NCBI GenBank assembly: GCA_039630055.1
Contig: JBCNVN010000001.1
Coordinates: 32,001 to 96,000 of the forward strand
Source of the DNA: Candidatus Caldarchaeales archaeon
GTDB taxonomy: Archaea > Thermoproteota > Nitrososphaeria_A > Caldarchaeales > Wolframiiraptoraceae
Length of the DNA stretch: 64,000 nucleotides
Reading direction: 5' to 3'
Shown: positions 61,689 through 64,000 of the stretch, in pieces
How the letters are laid out: every line of letters starts with the position of its first letter
Numbering within the stretch: position 1 is the stretch's first letter
Notes under the pieces: model-generated
Told to the model about the DNA's origin: nothing
Database searches by the model: none
Seen by the model: the letters and a program-made list of their open reading frames with translations, nothing else
Translations under genes and position numbers: made by a program

Positions 61689-61955
61689 TCATAGTCTGCT
61701 AATTCCTGATATATCTATCTCTCCCACTTCTTCAAACTTCTTTAGATATTCTTCTAACTTTGAAGGGTATCCTTCTTCATCAGGCATGGTAAACATGGCG
61801 TTTATTATTTTGAGCCCGTAGACGAAAGGCTCCACCCTCACCGATACCATTTCTATCCTCTCAGGAAGGTCTGTTCTTATCCTTGAGATTAAGTCGTCTG
61901 TATCTACCTTCTCATCCACCGGCATTATCTTGACTATTACTGCTACCTTGCCCAT
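61689..61955 (-). CDS. ef1b: Translation elongation factor 1-beta
   Basis: MGKV...KIMP, EP..YGLK, C-terminal SRL. Confidence 0.9.
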   Translation of the reverse strand: MGKVAVIVKIMPVDEKVDTDDLISRIRTDLPERIEMVSVRVEPFVYGLKIINAMFTMPDEEGYPSKLEEYLKKFEEVGEIDISGISRL

Positions 61956-61958
61956 ACC

Positions 61959-62132
61959 TCATGGCCCCTCGAAGCCACATGATGGACATGAATAAGGTCT
62001 AGAAAGCTCTCTACACAGTCTACATCTCCATATCCGGACTCTGCCACAGTTAGGACATGGAAAATTTACTGCAGGCTCACCAGGTGCAACAGGCTTATTA
62101 CATGAACTGCAGACTACCGTCTTCTTACTCAT
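61959..62132 (-). CDS. Zn-ribbon protein (DUF1610) typically linked to EF-1beta
   Basis: CSSC...F.CPNCG...I.RC..CR.....Y.CP.CGFEGP. Confidence 0.9.
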   Translation of the reverse strand: MSKKTVVCSSCNKPVAPGEPAVNFPCPNCGRVRIWRCRLCRELSRPYSCPSCGFEGP

Positions 62133-62222
62133 AAAGTCTTCTAAATGTTTCCTCAATATAAAGCCATCCTAATGAGAGAAGTTATTAAGAAGAATCTTAA
62201 GATTTTCTTGTGAGGATCGTCT

Positions 62223-62393
62223 TTGGGCATAAGAGAATTTATTAAGGATTCGCTAACACTCTTTAAACTAGCTAGAAAGCCTGCGAGGAATGAATTTCTC
62301 CTCGCCTTAAGGATAACCCTACTCGGAGTAGGCATCATTGGGGTCATAGCATTTATTATAAGGTTTGTAGCTCTTGCTATCCAAGGAGTTTAG
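62223..62393 (+). CDS. secE: Protein translocase SecE/Sec61gamma, absent from the ORF track
   Basis: MGIREFIKDSLTLFKLARKPARNEFLLALRITLLGVGIIGVIAFIIRFVALAIQGV*; LARKP..EF motif; upstream of spt5. Confidence 0.92.
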   Translation: MGIREFIKDSLTLFKLARKPARNEFLLALRITLLGVGIIGVIAFIIRFVALAIQGV

Positions 62394-62403
62394 GGGGATC
62401 GAG

Positions 62404-62907
62404 ATGTCTTCGGGTACTCCAAGATATTTTGCCGTAAAAGTAACGGTAGGGCAAGAAAGAAACGTGGCAAAGATCGTTGAAAGCAAAGTTATCAGAGAGG
62501 TTGTGGAGGATGGTAAAACCGTCAAGGTTGAGAGGATAGTTGAAGGCATATACTCTATTATTGCATTGCCAAACATTAAAGGCTACATATTCATAGAAGC
62601 TGATAGTAGAGAGAAGGTCTCACTAATAACTCAAGGGATAAGACATGTAAAATCTAGACCCGCTATATTGGTAAAGAAAGAAGAGATAATGCAACATCTT
62701 ATAGAGAAGCCGATGATCGAGATGATCTCTATTGGAGATATGGTAGAGATCGTTTCAGGGCCTCTAAGAGGAATATACGGCAAAGTCTTAAGGATCGATA
62801 AACCAAAGAATGAGGTAACGATAGAGCCTACAGATGCTGCCTTCCCCCTACCTATCTCTATCCCTGCAGACCAAGTAAGGATAGCTCAACAATCGGAAAG
62901 GAGGTGA
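62404..62907 (+). CDS. spt5: Transcription elongation factor Spt5 (NusG)
   Basis: FAVKVT.GQE, KGYIFIEA, KOW motif GD.VEI.SGP..G..G.V. Confidence 0.95.
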   Translation: MSSGTPRYFAVKVTVGQERNVAKIVESKVIREVVEDGKTVKVERIVEGIYSIIALPNIKGYIFIEADSREKVSLITQGIRHVKSRPAILVKKEEIMQHLIEKPMIEMISIGDMVEIVSGPLRGIYGKVLRIDKPKNEVTIEPTDAAFPLPISIPADQVRIAQQSERR

Positions 62908-62911
62908 CCTA

Positions 62912-63391
62912 ATGCCTCAGAAGACTGTTAGATTCATAGTTCAAGGAGGTGAAGCAACAGCAGGCCCACCGATCGGGCCTTCACTCGGTCCACTAGGTGT
63001 AAATGTTCTCCAGATCGTTGAAGAAATAAACCGGGTTACTTCAGAGTTTAAAGGGATGAGGGTTCCAGTAGAGGTAACAGTGGATACAGGTACAAAAGAT
63101 TTCAAAGTTACTGTGGGTATACCTACAACTACAGCCTTGATAGTGAAAGATGCAAAGATAGAGAAAGGTGCTAAGATGCCTGGAAGAGAGACTGTAGGTC
63201 AAGTCAGTCTCGAGCAGGTTATAAAAATAGCTAGGATGAAGATGGATGATATGCGTGCTAAGAGCTTGAAGACTGCTGTAAAGCAAGTTCTAGGAACATG
63301 TTTAAGTATGGGGATATTGGTAGATGGTAAAAGTCCGAAAGAAGTCTTGAGAGAGATCGACTCCGGTCTTCACGATGAAAGATTGAAGTAG
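62912..63391 (+). CDS. rpl11: 50S ribosomal protein L11
   Basis: GG.AT.GPPIGP.LGP.GVN, F.GM.VPV, GTCLSMG. Confidence 0.97.
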   Translation: MPQKTVRFIVQGGEATAGPPIGPSLGPLGVNVLQIVEEINRVTSEFKGMRVPVEVTVDTGTKDFKVTVGIPTTTALIVKDAKIEKGAKMPGRETVGQVSLEQVIKIARMKMDDMRAKSLKTAVKQVLGTCLSMGILVDGKSPKEVLREIDSGLHDERLK

Positions 63392-63493
63392 CTTATGCGA
63401 AATTGAACCATGAGGGATAGATCCGGAATATAGGTTGGAATACTTCAAGGTATGTTTAAATTAATCCTCTAGCCCTCAACCTTTAGAGAGGTT

Positions 63494-64000
63494 ATGCTTA
63501 AGAGTTTAGAAGCAGACTTGGCAACAGCTATCGAAGAAGCTAAGAAGAATGGAAAGCCTAGAAAATTTGAGCAGAGTATAGAGTTGATTATAAATATAAA
63601 AGGGTTAGATTTGAAGAAGGCTGAGAATAGGTTCGTGGAAGATATAGAGCTTCCGAACAGTCCAATAGGTGGAAGAAAGATCTGTGTAATAGCTGGAGGT
63701 GCGCTAGCCTCTGAATCTAGGAAGATAGGAGAGGTTAGTAGAGTTATAGAGAGAGATGAGCTGGAATCGCTTATCGGTAACAAGAGGATAGCGAAGAAGG
63801 TCGCCTCACAGTATGATTACTTTCTAGTTGATCCACCTCTGATGGGTTTAACGGCTAAGGCTCTTGGAGCTGCTCTAGGAGGAAGAGGTAAGAAGCCTGT
63901 CCCTATACCTCCAGGATCAAGTATAAGCGAACTCGTTAAGAAGTATAGTCGGATGGTTACGGTAAGTGTTAGGAAGAATCCTCAAGCTATGTGCGCGATA
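63494..64000 (+). CDS. rpl1: 50S ribosomal protein L1 (runs off the window end)
   Basis: Hand translation MLKSLEADLATAIEEAKKNGKPRKFEQSIELIINIKGLDLKK...ELP...GNKR.AKK.A..YDYF...LGGRGK.P. Confidence 0.93.
   Translation, partial: MLKSLEADLATAIEEAKKNGKPRKFEQSIELIINIKGLDLKKAENRFVEDIELPNSPIGGRKICVIAGGALASESRKIGEVSRVIERDELESLIGNKRIAKKVASQYDYFLVDPPLMGLTAKALGAALGGRGKKPVPIPPGSSISELVKKYSRMVTVSVRKNPQAMCAI

Noticed and set aside
62153-62576. Two minus-strand ORFs (64 and 85 aa)
   Set aside because: Shadows of secE and spt5.
1030-63783. Numerous antisense and overlapping ORFs in the track (e.g. 2023-2250, 7586-8074, 14231-14575, 37155-37532, 59673-60695, 63469-63783)
   Set aside because: Ser/Ile/Leu-rich shadow frames of well-supported genes on the opposite strand, with no motifs.
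1-64000. CRISPR array, rRNA, tRNA, IS transposase
   Set aside because: No regularly spaced repeats, GC-rich structured RNA blocks or transposase motifs were seen by eye; short sRNAs cannot be excluded.

Overview
Chromosomal segment of a (probably thermophilic) TACK archaeon. PolD large subunit together with CdvB/Vps4, Elf1, Alba and a short PINA points to a non-Thermoprotei lineage such as Aigarchaeota/Caldarchaeales (inference). Most of the window is housekeeping: pyrB/pyrC, sua5, polC, priS, gins15, fen1, cdc48, secE-spt5-rpl11-rpl1, thiamine salvage. The main accessory block (about 10.3-29 kb) is an energy-metabolism island: DUF2096-hdrC-hdrB-hdrA, hypDCE, qmoC-like-hdrA-hdrA-mvhD-mvhG, an AbrB/PhoU regulator, hypF, hypA and an ATPase-type hypB. 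The catalytic [NiFe] subunit gene mvhA survives only as a 13-codon 5' stub (MREVVIDPITRLE) that abuts a free-standing HTH-LAGLIDADG endonuclease gene. Other notable items: a HisB homologue lacking its metal ligands, an orphan herA-nurA pair separated by a perfect 28-bp palindrome, a YqgF-like nuclease overlapping a Clp1/Grc3 kinase, repeated AGTATATACT operators, and apparent TCTAGA enrichment. No rRNA, tRNA or CRISPR array was recognised. All calls are by-eye motif recognition; no database searches were run.
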